Shown here piece by piece: positions 49,213 through 61,816 of a DNA stretch of 64,000 nucleotides (position 1 is its first letter; the number at the start of each line of letters is the position of its first letter). The DNA is from Squalus acanthias (taxonomy: Eukaryota). The stretch covers positions 62,001-126,000 of the forward strand of contig JASTWF010000070.1 of NCBI GenBank assembly GCA_030390025.1, in the 5' to 3' direction. Position numbers and translations under genes: made by a program. The notes beneath the pieces are model-generated. The model was not told the origin of the DNA, made no database searches, and saw only the letters and a list, made by a program, of their open reading frames with translations.

Positions 49213-49940
49213 CTATTTAAAGGGACAGTGTCCCGGCACTGTGCAACCGCCAGTCCCACTCGGCAAGACGGCTCCTGCCATTTAAAGGGACAGTGTCGCC
49301 ACTCTGCAAGACGGCTCCTGCCATTTAAAGTGACAGTGTCGCCACTCTGCAAGACGGCTCCTGCCATTTAAAGGGACAGTGTCGCCACTCGGCAACACGG
49401 CTCCTGCCATTTAAAGGAACAGTGTCGCCACTCGGCAAGACGGCTCCTGCTGTTTAAAGGGGCAGTGTCGCCACTCTGCAAGATTGCTCCTGCCATTTAA
49501 AGGGACAGTGTCACCACTCTGCAAGACTGTTCCCTGCCATTTAAAGGGACAGTATCGCCACTCTGCAAGACTGTTCCCTGCCATTTAAAGGGACAGTGTC
49601 GCCACTCTGCAAGACTGTACCCTGCCATTTAAAGGGACAGTGTCGCCACTCTGCAAGATGGCTCCTGCCATTTAAAGGGACAGTGTCGCCACTCTACAAG
49701 ACTGTTCCCTGCCATTTAAAGGGACAGTATCGCCACTCTACAAGACTGTTCCCTGCCATTTAAAGGGACAGTGTCGCCACTCTGCAAGACTGTTCCCTGC
49801 CATTTAAAGGGACAGTATCGCTACTCTACAGGACTGTGCCCTGCCATTTAAAGGGACAGTGTTGCCACTCTGCAAGACTGTGCCCTGCCATTTAAAGGGA
49901 CAGTGTCGCCACTCTAGAGGACGGTGCCCTGCCATTTAAG
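49213..49940. repeat. 43-44-bp minisatellite (CCATTTAAAGGGACAGTGTCGCCACTCTGCAAGAC..CCTG)n
   Basis: About 16 tandem units, no spacers. Confidence 0.95.
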
Positions 49941-50084
49941 AACAAAAAATCTCCACTCGACAAGGCTGTCTCCACAATTTAAAGAGACCAATCCCCTCTT
50001 TACAGAATCCTACAAGTGCCATTTCTAATACCTTTTCTACGTTCACTTTTAATCTCGTTTTGCTTCCTTCAAGTCTCCCACATC

Positions 50085-52860
50085 AAAATCATAAAGGATT
50101 TTGATAGAGTAAATAAGGAGAAACTGTTTCCACTGGCAGGAGGGTCGGTAACCAGAGGACACAGATTTAAGAAAATTGGCAAAAAAAAGAGGCATGATGA
50201 GGAGAATATTTTTTACGCAGCGAGTTGTTGTGATCTGGAATGCGATGCCTGAAAGGGCGGTGGAAGCAGATTCAATAGTAACTATCGAAAGGGAATCGGA
50301 TAAATACTTGAAAAGGAAAAATTTGCAAGGCTACGGGGAGAGAGCAGGGGGAGTGGGACTAATTGGAGAGCTCTTTCAAAGAACCAGCATGATGGTCTGA
50401 ATGGCCTCGTTCTGCATTGTATCATTCTATGAACGAGCCTCTGGAGCCACGGAGGTGGCAGCTGATCGACTCTGGGGACCTTCGCATGCTGATGAGTGCA
50501 ACCTGGGAGGGTGGGGTGGTGGGGGGTGGAGGTGCAGAGGAGACATCACTGCATCACACGTTTGAATAGTCATAGCAACATAGGAGCAGGAGGAAGCCAT
50601 TCAGCCCCTCGAGCCTGTTCCGCCCTTCAATGAGATCATGTCTGATCTGTGACCTAACTCTATATACCTGCCTTTGGCCCGTATCCCTTAATACCTTTGG
50701 TTAACAGCAATGCGTCAATCTAAATTTTAAAATTAATAACTGACCTTGTATAAACTGTCATTTGCGGAACAGAGTTCCAAACTTCTACCACCCTTTGTGT
50801 GTAGAAGTGTTTCCTAACTTCACTCCTGAAAGGTCTGGCTCTAATTTTTAGACTATGCCCCCTAGTCCTAGAATCCCCAACCAGTGGAAATAGTTTCTCT
50901 CTATCTGTTCCCTTAATATCTTGAATACTTCGATCAGATCACCCCTTAACCATCTAAATTCCAGGGAATACAACCCTAGTTTGTGTAATCACTCCTCGTA
51001 ATTTAACCCTTGGAGTCCAGATATCATTCTGGTAAATCTACGCTGCACTCCCTCCAAGGCCAATATATCCTTCCTAAGGTGTGGTGCCCAGAACTGCTCA
51101 CAGTACTCCAAGGGTGGTCCAACCAACAACTACAACTTGTATTTATATAGCGCCTTTAATGTAGTAAAATGTCCCAAGGTGCTTCACAGAAGTGTTTTAA
51201 AACAAATAATTTGACACCGAGCCACATAAGGAGAAGTTAGGGCAGGTGACCAAAAGCTTGGTCAAAGAGGTAGGTTTTAAAGAGCGTCTTAAAGGAGGAG
51301 AGAGAGGCGGAGAGGTTTAGGGAGGGAATTTCAGAGCTTAGGGCCCAGGCAGCTGAAGGCACGGCCGCCAATGGTGGAGCGATTAAAATCATGGATGCAC
51401 AAGAGGCTAGAATTAGAGGAGTGCAGATATCTCGGGGGGTTGTGGGGCTGGAGGAGATTCCAGAGATAGGGCGTTGTGAGGCCATGAAGGGACTTGAACA
51501 CAAGCATGAGAATTTTAAAATCGAGGCGTTGCTTAACTGGGAGCCAATGTAGGTCAGCAAGCACAGGGTTGCTGGGTGAACGGGACTTGGTGTGAGTTAG
51601 GACACGGGCAGCCGAGTTTTGGATGACCTCAGGCAGAACGTGGGAGGCCAGCCAAGAGTGTGTTGGAATAGTCAAGTCTAGAGGTAACAAAGGCATGGAT
51701 GAGGGTTTCAGCAGCAGATGGGGAAGTCGGGGCGGAGATGGGAGGAGGTGGAAATAGGTGGCCTTAGTTATGGCGCGAATATTTGGTCGGAAGCTCATTT
51801 CAGGGTCAAATATGACACCATGGCCTCGCCCCCTCCCTATCTCTGTTACCTCCTCCAGCCCCACAACCCCCCGAGATATCTGTGCACCTCTAATTCTGCC
51901 CTCTTGAGCATCCCTGATTTTAATCGCTCAACCATTGGCTACCGTGCCTTCGGGGCTTTGCATCACCTGTCTGACACAAAGCTAAGTGTCTGAATATGAA
52001 CCCATTAGGCAGCAGTAATCTGGGAGAAAGATTGGCCCCACAGTGTCTTGGGTCTGTGACCTTGTTGATTTCCTGCTGTTGGATTATTTCTGTACCAAGG
52101 TGGTGAGGCTAAGTTGACTTGGCGCCATAGAAGCATAACGGCACAGAAGGAAACCAATTGGCCCATCGAGTCTGTGCCAGCTCTCTGTAGAGCAATCTAG
52201 CCAGTCCCATTCCCCCACTCTATCCCCGTAGCCCTGCAAGTTTATTTCCCTCAAGTGCCTATCCAGTCTCCCCTTGAAATCATTGAGTGTCTCTGCTTCC
52301 ACCACTTCCGTCGGCAGCAAATTCCAGGTCCTCACCACTCGCTGCGTAATAAAGTTTTTCCTCGCATCCCCCCCGTATCTCTTGCCCAAAACCTTAAATC
52401 TGTGTCCCCTAGTCCTTGTACCATCAACTAGTGGGAACAGCCTTTCCCCGTCTAGCCTATCCAAACCTATCATAATCTTGTACACCTCTATCAAATCGCC
52501 CCTCAACCTCCTTTGCTCTAATGAAAACAAATCCAGCTTCTCCAACCTGTCCTTGTAGCTAAGATCCCCCATCCCCGGAACCATTCTGGGAAATCTCCTC
52601 TGCACCCTCTCAAGGGCCTTCACATCCTTCCTATAGTGTGGTGACTAGAACTGGACGCAATACTCCAGTTGTGGCCTAACCAACGCTTTTTTAAGGTTCA
52701 GCATAACTTCTCTACTTTTGTACTTTTATGAAGCCCAAGATCCCATATGCTTTGCTAACCACTCTCTCAATATGTCCTGCCACCTTCAGGGACCGATGCA
52801 CACTAACTCCCAGGTCCCTCTTTTCCATGCACACTCTTTAAAACTGTGCCATTAAGTGTA
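50085..52860. mobile_element. Cluster of CR1 (50085-50430 +, 50575-51125 -, 52130-52860 -) and L2 (51130-51950) fragments
   Basis: Translated RT C-terminal motifs. Confidence 0.85.
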
Positions 52861-53846
52861 TATTAAGTGTGCCATGTCTCCGGTGTAACAACGCCAAAAG
52901 TCTCCTTCGTTTATTTGCCCCCCTGTGCATGTGGCATGAAGCAACTCAAGCTGCTAAGGAGGCGCCAGCAATCAGTGCTCGTTCGACAGCATCCAAAGGA
53001 TGGCTAGTGCAAAAAGTGGAAGTACCACCCTGGTCCAGTAGGCAGTGTGGCTCTGCCTCTAACCTGAGCTCAAGGGGTTTGGATCTCGACACTGGGAGGT
53101 AATAGTGTTAAAATGACATAGAATTACATCGAATGTACAGCACAAAAACAGGCCATGCGGCCCAACTGGACCATGCTGGTGTTTCTGCTCCACACCAGCC
53201 TCCTCCCACCCCTCTTCATCTCACCCCATCAGCCTATCCTTCTATTCCTTTCTCCCTCATGTGTTTATCCAGCTTCCCCTTAAATACATCTCTGCTATTC
53301 ACCTCAACCACTCCCTGTGGTAGCGAGATCCACATTCTCACCACTCTCTGGTTAAGAACTAGGAGGAGGAGTAAGCCATTTGGAAGAAGAGCAGGGGGCA
53401 GTTCTCCCCGGTGTCCTGGGGCCAATATTTATCCCTCAACTAACATCGCTAAAACCAGATGATCTGGTCATTATCATATTGCTGTTTGTGGGAGCTTGCT
53501 GTGTGCAAATTGGCTGCTGCGTTTCCTACATTACAACAGTGACCACACTTTGAAAGTTCTTCATTGGCTGTAAAGTGCTTTGGGATGTCTGGTGGGTGTG
53601 AACGGCGCCGGAGAAATGCAAGTCTTTCTTTCTGTTTCATTATAATGATTTTAGCGCTGATCTCAGTGCTCAACATGCTGCTGATTGGCTTAGCACTCAA
53701 TAGGTGGCCCAATATCGGGTGCAGTCTACTGGCCAGTAATGTTTGGCCTCGGCCTCTGCACTACCTAAAGGGGACGTGCTTTGTTGCAGCAGCACCTCAT
53801 TGTCAGTCAGGTTGAAGACATAGCTCCGCAGGCCAGAGAGAGCAAG

Positions 53847-55592
53847 AATGGGGAACGGGGAAATGGCAGAGACTCTGAACAAATATTTTGTATCTGTCTT
53901 GACGGTAGAAGACACTAACAACATCCCAATAATGGATAATCAAGTTGCCACAGGGAGGGGGGAAACTAAAGACAATTACTGTCACTAAGGAAATAGTACT
54001 TGGTAAAATAATGGGACTAAAAGACGACAAGTCCCCTGGACCAGATGATCTGCATCCCAGGGTCTTAAAAGAAGTGGCTGCAGAGATAGTGGATGCATTG
54101 GTTGCAATATACCAAAATTCCCTGGACTCTGGAGAGGTCCCAGCGGATTGGAAAACCGCAAATGTAACACCCCTATTTAAGAAAGGAGGGAGACAGAAAG
54201 CAGGAAACTATAGACCAGTTAGCCTAACATCTGTCGTTGAGAAAATGCTAGAGTCCTTCATTAAGGAAGCAGTAGCAGGGCATTTGGAAAATCAGTCAAG
54301 CAGAGTCAGCATGGTTTTATGAAAGGGAAATCATGTTTAACAAATTTGCTGGAGTTCTTTGAGGATGTAACGAGCAGGGTGAATAAGGGTGAGCCAGTGG
54401 ATGTGGTGTATTTGGATTTCCAGAAGGCATTCGATAAGGTGCCACATAAAAGGTTACTGCATAAGATAAGAGCTCACGGAATTGGGGGTAATATATTAGC
54501 ATGAATAGAGAATTGGCTAACTAACATAAAGCAGGGAGTCGGGATAAATGGGTAATTTCCCGGTTGGCAAATGGTAACTAGTGGGGTGCCACAGGGATCG
54601 GTGCTGGGGCCTCAACTATTTACAATCTACATTAATGACTTGGATGAAGGGACCGAGTGTAATGTAGCCAAGTTTGCAGATGATACAAAGATGGGTGGGA
54701 AAGCAAGTGGTGCAGAGGACTCAAAGAATCTGCAAAGGGATATAGACAGGCTAAGTGAGTGGGCAAACATTTGGCAGATGGAGTATAATGTGGGAAAGTG
54801 CGAGATTATCCATTTTGGCAGAAAAATAAAAAAGCAAACTATTATTTAAATGGAGAGAGATTACAAAATGCTACAGTTCAGAGGGACCTGGGGGTCCTTG
54901 TGCATGAAACACAAAAAGTTAGCATGCAGGTACAGCAAGTAATCAAAAAGGCAAATGGAATGTTGGCCTTTATTTCAAGGAGGTTGGAGTATAAAAGCAG
55001 GGAAGTCCTGCTACAACTGTACAGGGTATTGGTGAGACCACACCTTGAGTACTGCGTACAGTTTTGGTCTCTTTATTTAAAGAAGGATATACTTGCATTG
55101 GAGGCAGTTCAGAGACGATTCACTAGGCTAATTCCAGAGATTAGGGGGTTGACTTATGAGGAAAGGTTGAGCAGGTTGGGCCTATACTCATTTAGAAGAA
55201 TGAGGGGTGATCTTATTGAAACATATAAGATACTGAGGGGGCTCGACAAGGTAAATGCAGAGAGGATGTTTCCCCTCGTGGGTGAATCTAGAACTCGGGG
55301 GCATAATTTCAGAATAAAGGGTCGCCCTTTTAGAACTGAGATGAGGAGGAATTTCTTCTCTGAGGGTCGTAAATCTGTGGAATTCTCTGCCCTAGAGAGC
55401 CGTGGAGGCTGGGTCATTAAATACATTTAAGGTGGAGATAGACAGATTTTTACAAGATAAGGGAGTGAAGGGTTATGGGGAGCGGGCTGGGAAGTGGCTT
55501 TGAGCCCAAGAACAGCCACGATCTTATTAAATGGTGGAACAGGCTCGAGGGGCCAAGTGGCCTATTCCTGCTCCTATTTCTTATGTTCTTAA
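53847..55592 (+). mobile_element. CR1 LINE, 5'-truncated
   Basis: KSPGPDDLHPRVLKE, YLDFQKAFDKVPH, KFADDTK, with stops and frameshifts. Confidence 0.95.
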
Positions 55593-56306
55593 TATCTCAA
55601 GATGGTTTTTCGGATGCTGCACTCGAGGCCTCGGTCATGGCCATTCAAAGAAGGTGGGCTGTCCTGTTCCCGCAGGGTGGCAGGGAGCCATCCAAGGCTC
55701 CCAGTGGAAAGCTCTGGCAGGAGATAGCTACCTCCATCACGGCCGCCAGTTCGGTTCCAAGGACATGGATCCAATGCCGAAAGAAGTTTAATGACCTCAC
55801 ACGGCCGGTCAAGGTGAATGAAGGCGTCAGCAAATGCCATATCCCACCAGCAGCACCACAAGCCTCACGCACTGCTCAATGCAGCACACCCCCATCACTC
55901 ACCTACCAACAATCTCTGCCTATCACTGCTCGTAGCTCCCAAGCACGGCTTCACTTCACCCTCACAAGCTTACCACTGCTGCAACATCTCACACCCACAT
56001 CTCACACCGTGCGCACACAGACAGCTATTCAACTATGACAGGCACATCGCCCAAGCACATTGCATCACACTCACTGACACACCTCCCTGTCTCTTGCAGG
56101 CAAAGGCGGCTCATAACCGTTGGGAACAACAGCGGACGGTGGGGGGGGGGGGGCGGCCAATCCGCTGTACTGACCCTCAGCCACCTGGAAGAGTCTGTGC
56201 TCAACATCATTGAAGTGACCAAGGCCGTGGCATCGGGAGAAGTTGCCTTGCTGATAATTACTGTATGGTCAATCCTAATCCTTCTTCTCACATCCCAGCT
56301 CCCCCT

Positions 56307-56533
56307 TGACGTAAGAAAACTACTAGGCACTTGGTCTAAGCGTTAAACAAAGCTTTAATCAACTGTTTTTCAACATGGAGATCTAGTTGTGTCCTTCACT
56401 AGTTCCTGTTAAGAATGTCCTGCGCAAGCTGGGCCCGTGCCCGAGTATTTATACTCTCCCTGGACAGCGCCACCCGCAGGCCACTCAGTATTATTTCATA
56501 AGTCTTTCTTTCATGAATGACAGATTCATGTCA
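56307..56533 (-). mobile_element. Solo LTR related to the Gypsy element at 39343-41900
   Basis: TGAC..GTCA termini, 5-bp TSD CCCCT, shared CGTAAGAA, AAGCTTTAATCAACT and AGTATTTAT blocks. Confidence 0.85.
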
Positions 56534-57684
56534 CCCCTCATCCCACAATCTCTTCTCACTTACAAGCTGCTGATGGTGTATGCTTGGACATCTAGTTTTC
56601 TCCCCACTACCCACACCACAACCCAACCCTTGTGCCTTTCTGCTTTCAGATACCCAAGAACTGCCGGCAGACCAGACTGTCCCCCAGGCTGCGGAGGAGA
56701 GTGAAGGAGAAGAAGGAAAAGACACATCATCTCTGCATCTGACACCCGCTCAGAAACTGGCACTGCACGGAATGTGGAGGGTAGTATTGAGGTGGGATCT
56801 GCACAGGGTGGAGCACCGGGCACGAGTGGGCTGCAGCAAGGCTAGGGGGAAAGGGTAGCTCAGGGGCCAGCTCCTTGGAGGGTGAGTTTGCACATGAGTT
56901 CGGCTGCACACGACTCAGATGATGACCTCGATGGGGCGGCCTTCAGAGGAAGAGTGGTGGGCCATGCACACCGAAATGCTAGGTGCAATGGCAAGCCTGC
57001 CAGAGAGCCTCTTGGCAATGTCAAGGAGCATGGAGGAGCCCGGCTCTAACATTGGACGGGGCTTTGCGCAGAGCTTGGAGCCCATGATTTCCAGGATGCA
57101 AATGATGGACAACTCCAGGAGAGACCTTGTGGACCCAGCCATGATGCTGTGTGTGATGGGCGATGTCGCCATTTCCATGACCGCATAGGCAGAAGCGACC
57201 CAACATCTCAGTGCTGCAGTAGAAGCGCAGACCGCTCTCCTGCAGGCTCAGCCAAGCTCAGACTGCTGCCATCGTGGCTGGGTTTATGAGTGTAGCAAGG
57301 GGCTCGCAGGGGGTGTCACAGCAGGCCAGTCGTCAGTCCTCCAACAGATTGCTAGGAATGCTGAGGTGCCGCCCCGGGGGAGTGGCAGTGGGTCAGTGGA
57401 TCAAGAACCTGCTGTCCTCTCTTGGGATGGCAGCATTCCAACTCCCGCCAAGGCCGCTCCGCCATTGCCCTTGCTGCTGCCTGTCAGCCAGCCCAGACTG
57501 CTGCTGTCCATGCCGAGCTGGTGCGCTCGACAGCCGGGCCTTCTAGGTCCACAGCTGGTCGAGCACGTCCTGCAAGGCCATCTGTAGTCTTTCCCTACGG
57601 AAAGTCAGGAGCCTGCCACCAGCCATGCTGCAGCCACTGGGGGAGCACTTCGTAGGAGCACTAGAGTTAGAAAAGGCACATGAA

Positions 57685-58175
57685 GGTTGATTCTGGAGAT
57701 GAGGGGGTTGACTTATGAGGAAAGGTTGAGCAGGTTGGGCCTCTACTCATTGGAATACAGAATAATGAGAGGCGATCTTATCGAAACATATAAGATTGTG
57801 AGAGGGCTTGATCGGGTGGATGCGGGGAGGATGTTTCCACTGATGGGTGAGACTAGAACTAGGGGGCATCATCTTAGAATAAGGGGCTGCCGTTTCAAAA
57901 CTGAGATGAGGAGAAACTTCTTCACTCAGAGGGTAGTAAATCTATGGAATTTGCTACCTCAGAGAGCTGTGGAAGCTGTGACATTAAATAAATTTAAAAC
58001 GGAGATAGACAGTTTCCTAGCTGATAAGGGAATTAAGGGTTATGGGGAGCGGGCAGGGAAGTGGACGTGAGTCTAGGTTCGGATCAGCCATGATCCTATT
58101 GAATGGTGGAGCAGGCCCGAAGGGTCATATGGCCTACTCCTGCTCCTACTTCTTATGTTCTTATGTTCTTATGAA
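57685..58175 (+). mobile_element. CR1 LINE 3' end
   Basis: ORF 57687..58070 and (TTCTTATG)n tail. Confidence 0.9.
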
Positions 58176-58489
58176 CGACAACACTAAGGGATTGCATAAG
58201 GGGGATTAGTTCACATTGTAATATTGATTGAATTGGGATACATTTATAAATTGTGTTTGGAATGTGTGTTTTGTGATGGCTCTCATTTCAGCTTTGTGCC
58301 CAGGAGGATGCTGTGATGTTCCGTGATAGAGGGATGGTATGATGGGGAAGTGGTGAGCAACGGGGATCTGGGGTTTCGTTCACTGGAATTGAAGTCTGAT
58401 GAGGCCTTCATGGACAGGCCGGGGATCTGCTGCCTGCTTCCTCCTTGCCCTCGTTCTCTTCCTCCTCCTCCTCCTCCTCCTCCTCTACC

Positions 58490-59125
58490 TTTGAACCAGC
58501 CACATAAATACAGTGGCAACAAGAGCGGGTCAGAGGCTGGGTATTCTGTGGAGAGTGTCTCACCGCCTGACTCCCCAAAGCCTTTCCACCATCTACAAGG
58601 CACAAGTCAGGAGTGTGATGGAATACTCTCCACTTGCCTGGATGAGTGCAGCTGCAACAACACTCAAGAAGCTCGTCACCATCCAGGACAAAGCAGGCCG
58701 CTTGATCGGCACCCCATCCACCACCTTAAACATTCACTCCCTCCACCACCGGCGCACCGTGGCTGCAGTGTGTACCATCTACAAAATGCACTGCAGCAAC
58801 TCGCCAAGGCTTCTTCGGCAGCACCTCCCAAACCTGCGACCTCTTCCACCTAGAAGGACAAGGGCAGCAGGCGCGTGGGAACACCGCCACCTCCAAGTTC
58901 CCCTCCAAGTCACACACCATCCTGACTTGGAAGTATATCGCCGATCCTTCATCGTCGCTGGGTGAAAATCCTGGAACTCCCTACCTAACAGCACTGTGGG
59001 AGTACCTTCACCAGACGGACTGCAGCAGTTCAAGGCAGTGGCTCACCACCACCTTCTCAAGGGTAACTAGGGATGGGCAATAAATACTGGCCTTGCCAGC
59101 GACGCCCAGATCCCATGACCGACTA
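58490..59125 (+). mobile_element. Second non-LTR retrotransposon family (CR1/L2 group), 3' end; other fragments at 7430-7630, 9520-9900, 12817-13090 (-)
   Basis: IYKAQVRSVMEYSPLAW..IQDKAGRLI..SLHHRRTVA. Confidence 0.8.
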
Positions 59126-60421
59126 GAAAAAAAATGCTATCAATCTCCGATTTAAAATTAAAAATTGATCTAGTATCAATTGTCTTTTGCGGAAGAGAGT
59201 TCCAAACTTCTCCCACCCTTTGTGTGTAGAAGTGTTTTCGAACTTCACTCCTGAAAGGTCTGGCTCTAATTTTTAGACTCTGCCCCCTAGTCCTAGGCTC
59301 CCCAACCAGCGGAAATACCATCACCACACGGACTGCAGCGGTTCAAGCAGGCGGCTCACCACCACCTTCTCAAGGGCAACTAGGGATGGGCAATAAATGC
59401 TGGCCTGGCCAGCGACAACCTGATCCCATAAACGAATAAAAACATAGTTTCTGTCTCTCTACCCTATCAGTTCCCCTTAATATCTTGAAACCTTCGATCA
59501 GATCACCCCTTAACCTTCTAAATTCCATTGAACACAACCCTAGTTTGTGTGATCTCTCCTTGTAATTTAACTCTTGGAGCCCGGGTATCATTCTGGTAAA
59601 CCTACGCTGCACTCCCTTCAAGACCAATATATCCTTCCTAAGGCCAACCTATAGCACGTAAATTCACTGAGGAAAGACCCTTATAGACTAGGTATTAGCA
59701 CCGACCATATAAGTAGTTTTTTAACACCAAGTTACCCTCAGGCAATGATCAATGAGGCATCAAGGGATTAAACGGTTCACTAGTTATGCAGTCATACACT
59801 GTTACATGATTCATACAGTAAAGTACTCAGAATGGTTAGCGTGACAGGGGGGATTTGGGAGATCAGTTTTTTTTCAAGCTTTCTGATCTTGCGATGTTGT
59901 TTAGGCCCCTGATTGACAGCACAAACAGCAGCAAGGCGGCGTGGACACAGCTTGTTCTGAAAGAAAGAGAGACATGCATTTATATAACACCTTTCAGACA
60001 TCCCAAATCACTTCACAGCCAATGATGTACTCTCCTGCCTTCTATCCTATCACAGGCCTTCCCTTTTGTTCTTTCATCCCCTCCCTCCTTTCCCAGCCCT
60101 TACACTTGCTGAAAAATCTGTTCCATTTCCTGCTTTTTTCCAGTTCTGACGAAATGTCATCGACCTGAAACGTTAACTCTGTTTCTCTCTTCACAGATGC
60201 TGCCTGACCTGCTGAGTATCTCCAACATTTTCTGTTTTTATTTTATGTACTTTTGAAGTGCGGTCACTGTTGTAATGTAGGAAACGCGGCAGCCAATTTG
60301 CGCACAGCAAGCTCCCACAAACAGCAATGTGATGATGACCAGATCATCTGTTTTTTAGTGATGTTGGTTGAGGGATAAACGCTGGCCCCAGGAGACCGGG
60401 GAGAACTCCCCCTGCTCTTCT

Positions 60422-61035
60422 GAGTACAGGAGCAAGGATGTCTTACTACAGTTATGCAGGGCCTTGGTGAGACCACACCTGGAGTACTGTGTGCAGTTTT
60501 GGTCTCCTTACCTAAGAAAGGATATACTTGCCATAGAGGGAGTGCAGCGAAGGTTCACCAGACTGATTCCTGGGATGGCAGGACTGTCATATGAGGAGGG
60601 ATAGGGTCGACTAGGCCTGTATTCACTAGAGTTTAGAAGAATGAGAGGGGACCTCATTGAAACGTATAAAATTCTGACAGGGCTAGACAGACTGGATGCA
60701 GGGAGGATGTTTCCCCTGGCTGGGGGGTCCAGAACGAGGGGTCACAGTCTCAGGATATGGGGTAGGACATTTAGGACTGAGATGAGGAGAAATTTCTTCA
60801 CTCAGAGGGTGGTGAACCTGTGGGATTCTCTACCACAGAAGGCTGTGGAGGCCAAGTCACTGAATATATTTAAGAAGGAGATCGATAGATTTCCAGACAC
60901 AAAAGGCATCAAGGGGCATGGGGAGAGAGCGGGAATATGGCATTGAGATAGAGGATCAGCCATGATCATATTGAATGGCGGAGCAGGCTCAAAGGGCCGA
61001 ATGGCCGACTCCTGCTCCTATTTTTCTATGTTTCG
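60422..61035 (+). mobile_element. CR1 LINE 3' end inserted into a Deu-SINE
   Basis: SINE halves at 60245-60420 and 61040-61100 flank it. Confidence 0.85.
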
Positions 61036-61816
61036 ATGTCTCTTTGAAATAGTGGCCGTGGGATTTTTTATGTCCACCTGAGAGGGCAGACGAGCCTTGG
61101 TTTAGTGGTAGACAGCTAGAGAGTCAGACAGTGATACAGAGCGAGCGGCAGATGGAGAGACTGAGAAAGAGATAGGTAAATGAAAAGAAATATGCAGCAG
61201 GTCAGTCAGAATCTGCAAAGGGAAAAGATTGAGTAATATTTCAGATATAACCTTTTTTTTAACTCAGAATTGTAACCTGAAAAATAGACAAGCCCCCCTG
61301 TAGAGACAAAAGAGACTCTGATTACCGGGAGGAAGCCAATGGGTTGAATGACCTGCAAACGGCATAATAGAGAAGCATGGAGCTGTTTGTTAATGTGAAG
61401 GGGTCACCTGAGTGGGGCAATGAAGAGACATCAGCAGAATAAAACCTCAGATAATGAAATGCACGGAGAAGGTGTGAAGTGGATACAAGAAATATTGGAT
61501 GGGTGCATGAGAGCTCGGCGTGGGTGAGAAGTGAGTGTGCAACAGGTTGCCAGTGGCTTGCAATTTTTGTCCACATGGGTTAAAATCAATGTGTGGGTTA
61601 CTGTAAAGAGTGCATGCACATCTCATGCTAGGCACACGATGGAATACATAGAATATACAGCACAGACACAGGCCATTCGGCCCAACCAGTCCATGTCGGC
61701 GTTTATGCTCCACTCGAGCCTCCTCCCATCCTTCCTCATCTAACTCTATCAGCATAACCCTCTATTCCCTTCTCCCTCATGCGCTTATCTAGCCTCCCCT
61801 TAAATGCATCTATACT

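Larger units (their letters stand above)
55595..58490 (+). mobile_element. Decayed PIF/Harbinger DNA transposon: spliced Myb/SANT gene (+) and probable transposase C-terminus (-)
   Basis: FSDAALEA..LWQEIA..RTWIQCRKKFNDL (exon to 55813), AKAAHNRWEQQRTVGGG (from 56100), exon from 56650; acidic tail plus VHEGLIRLQFQ* on minus near 58380-58490. Confidence 0.7.

Noticed and set aside
49213-49940. CRISPR-like array or array of RSS heptamers (GACAGTG)
   Set aside because: No unique spacers, vertebrate context; heptamer lacks the essential CAC and there is no nonamer
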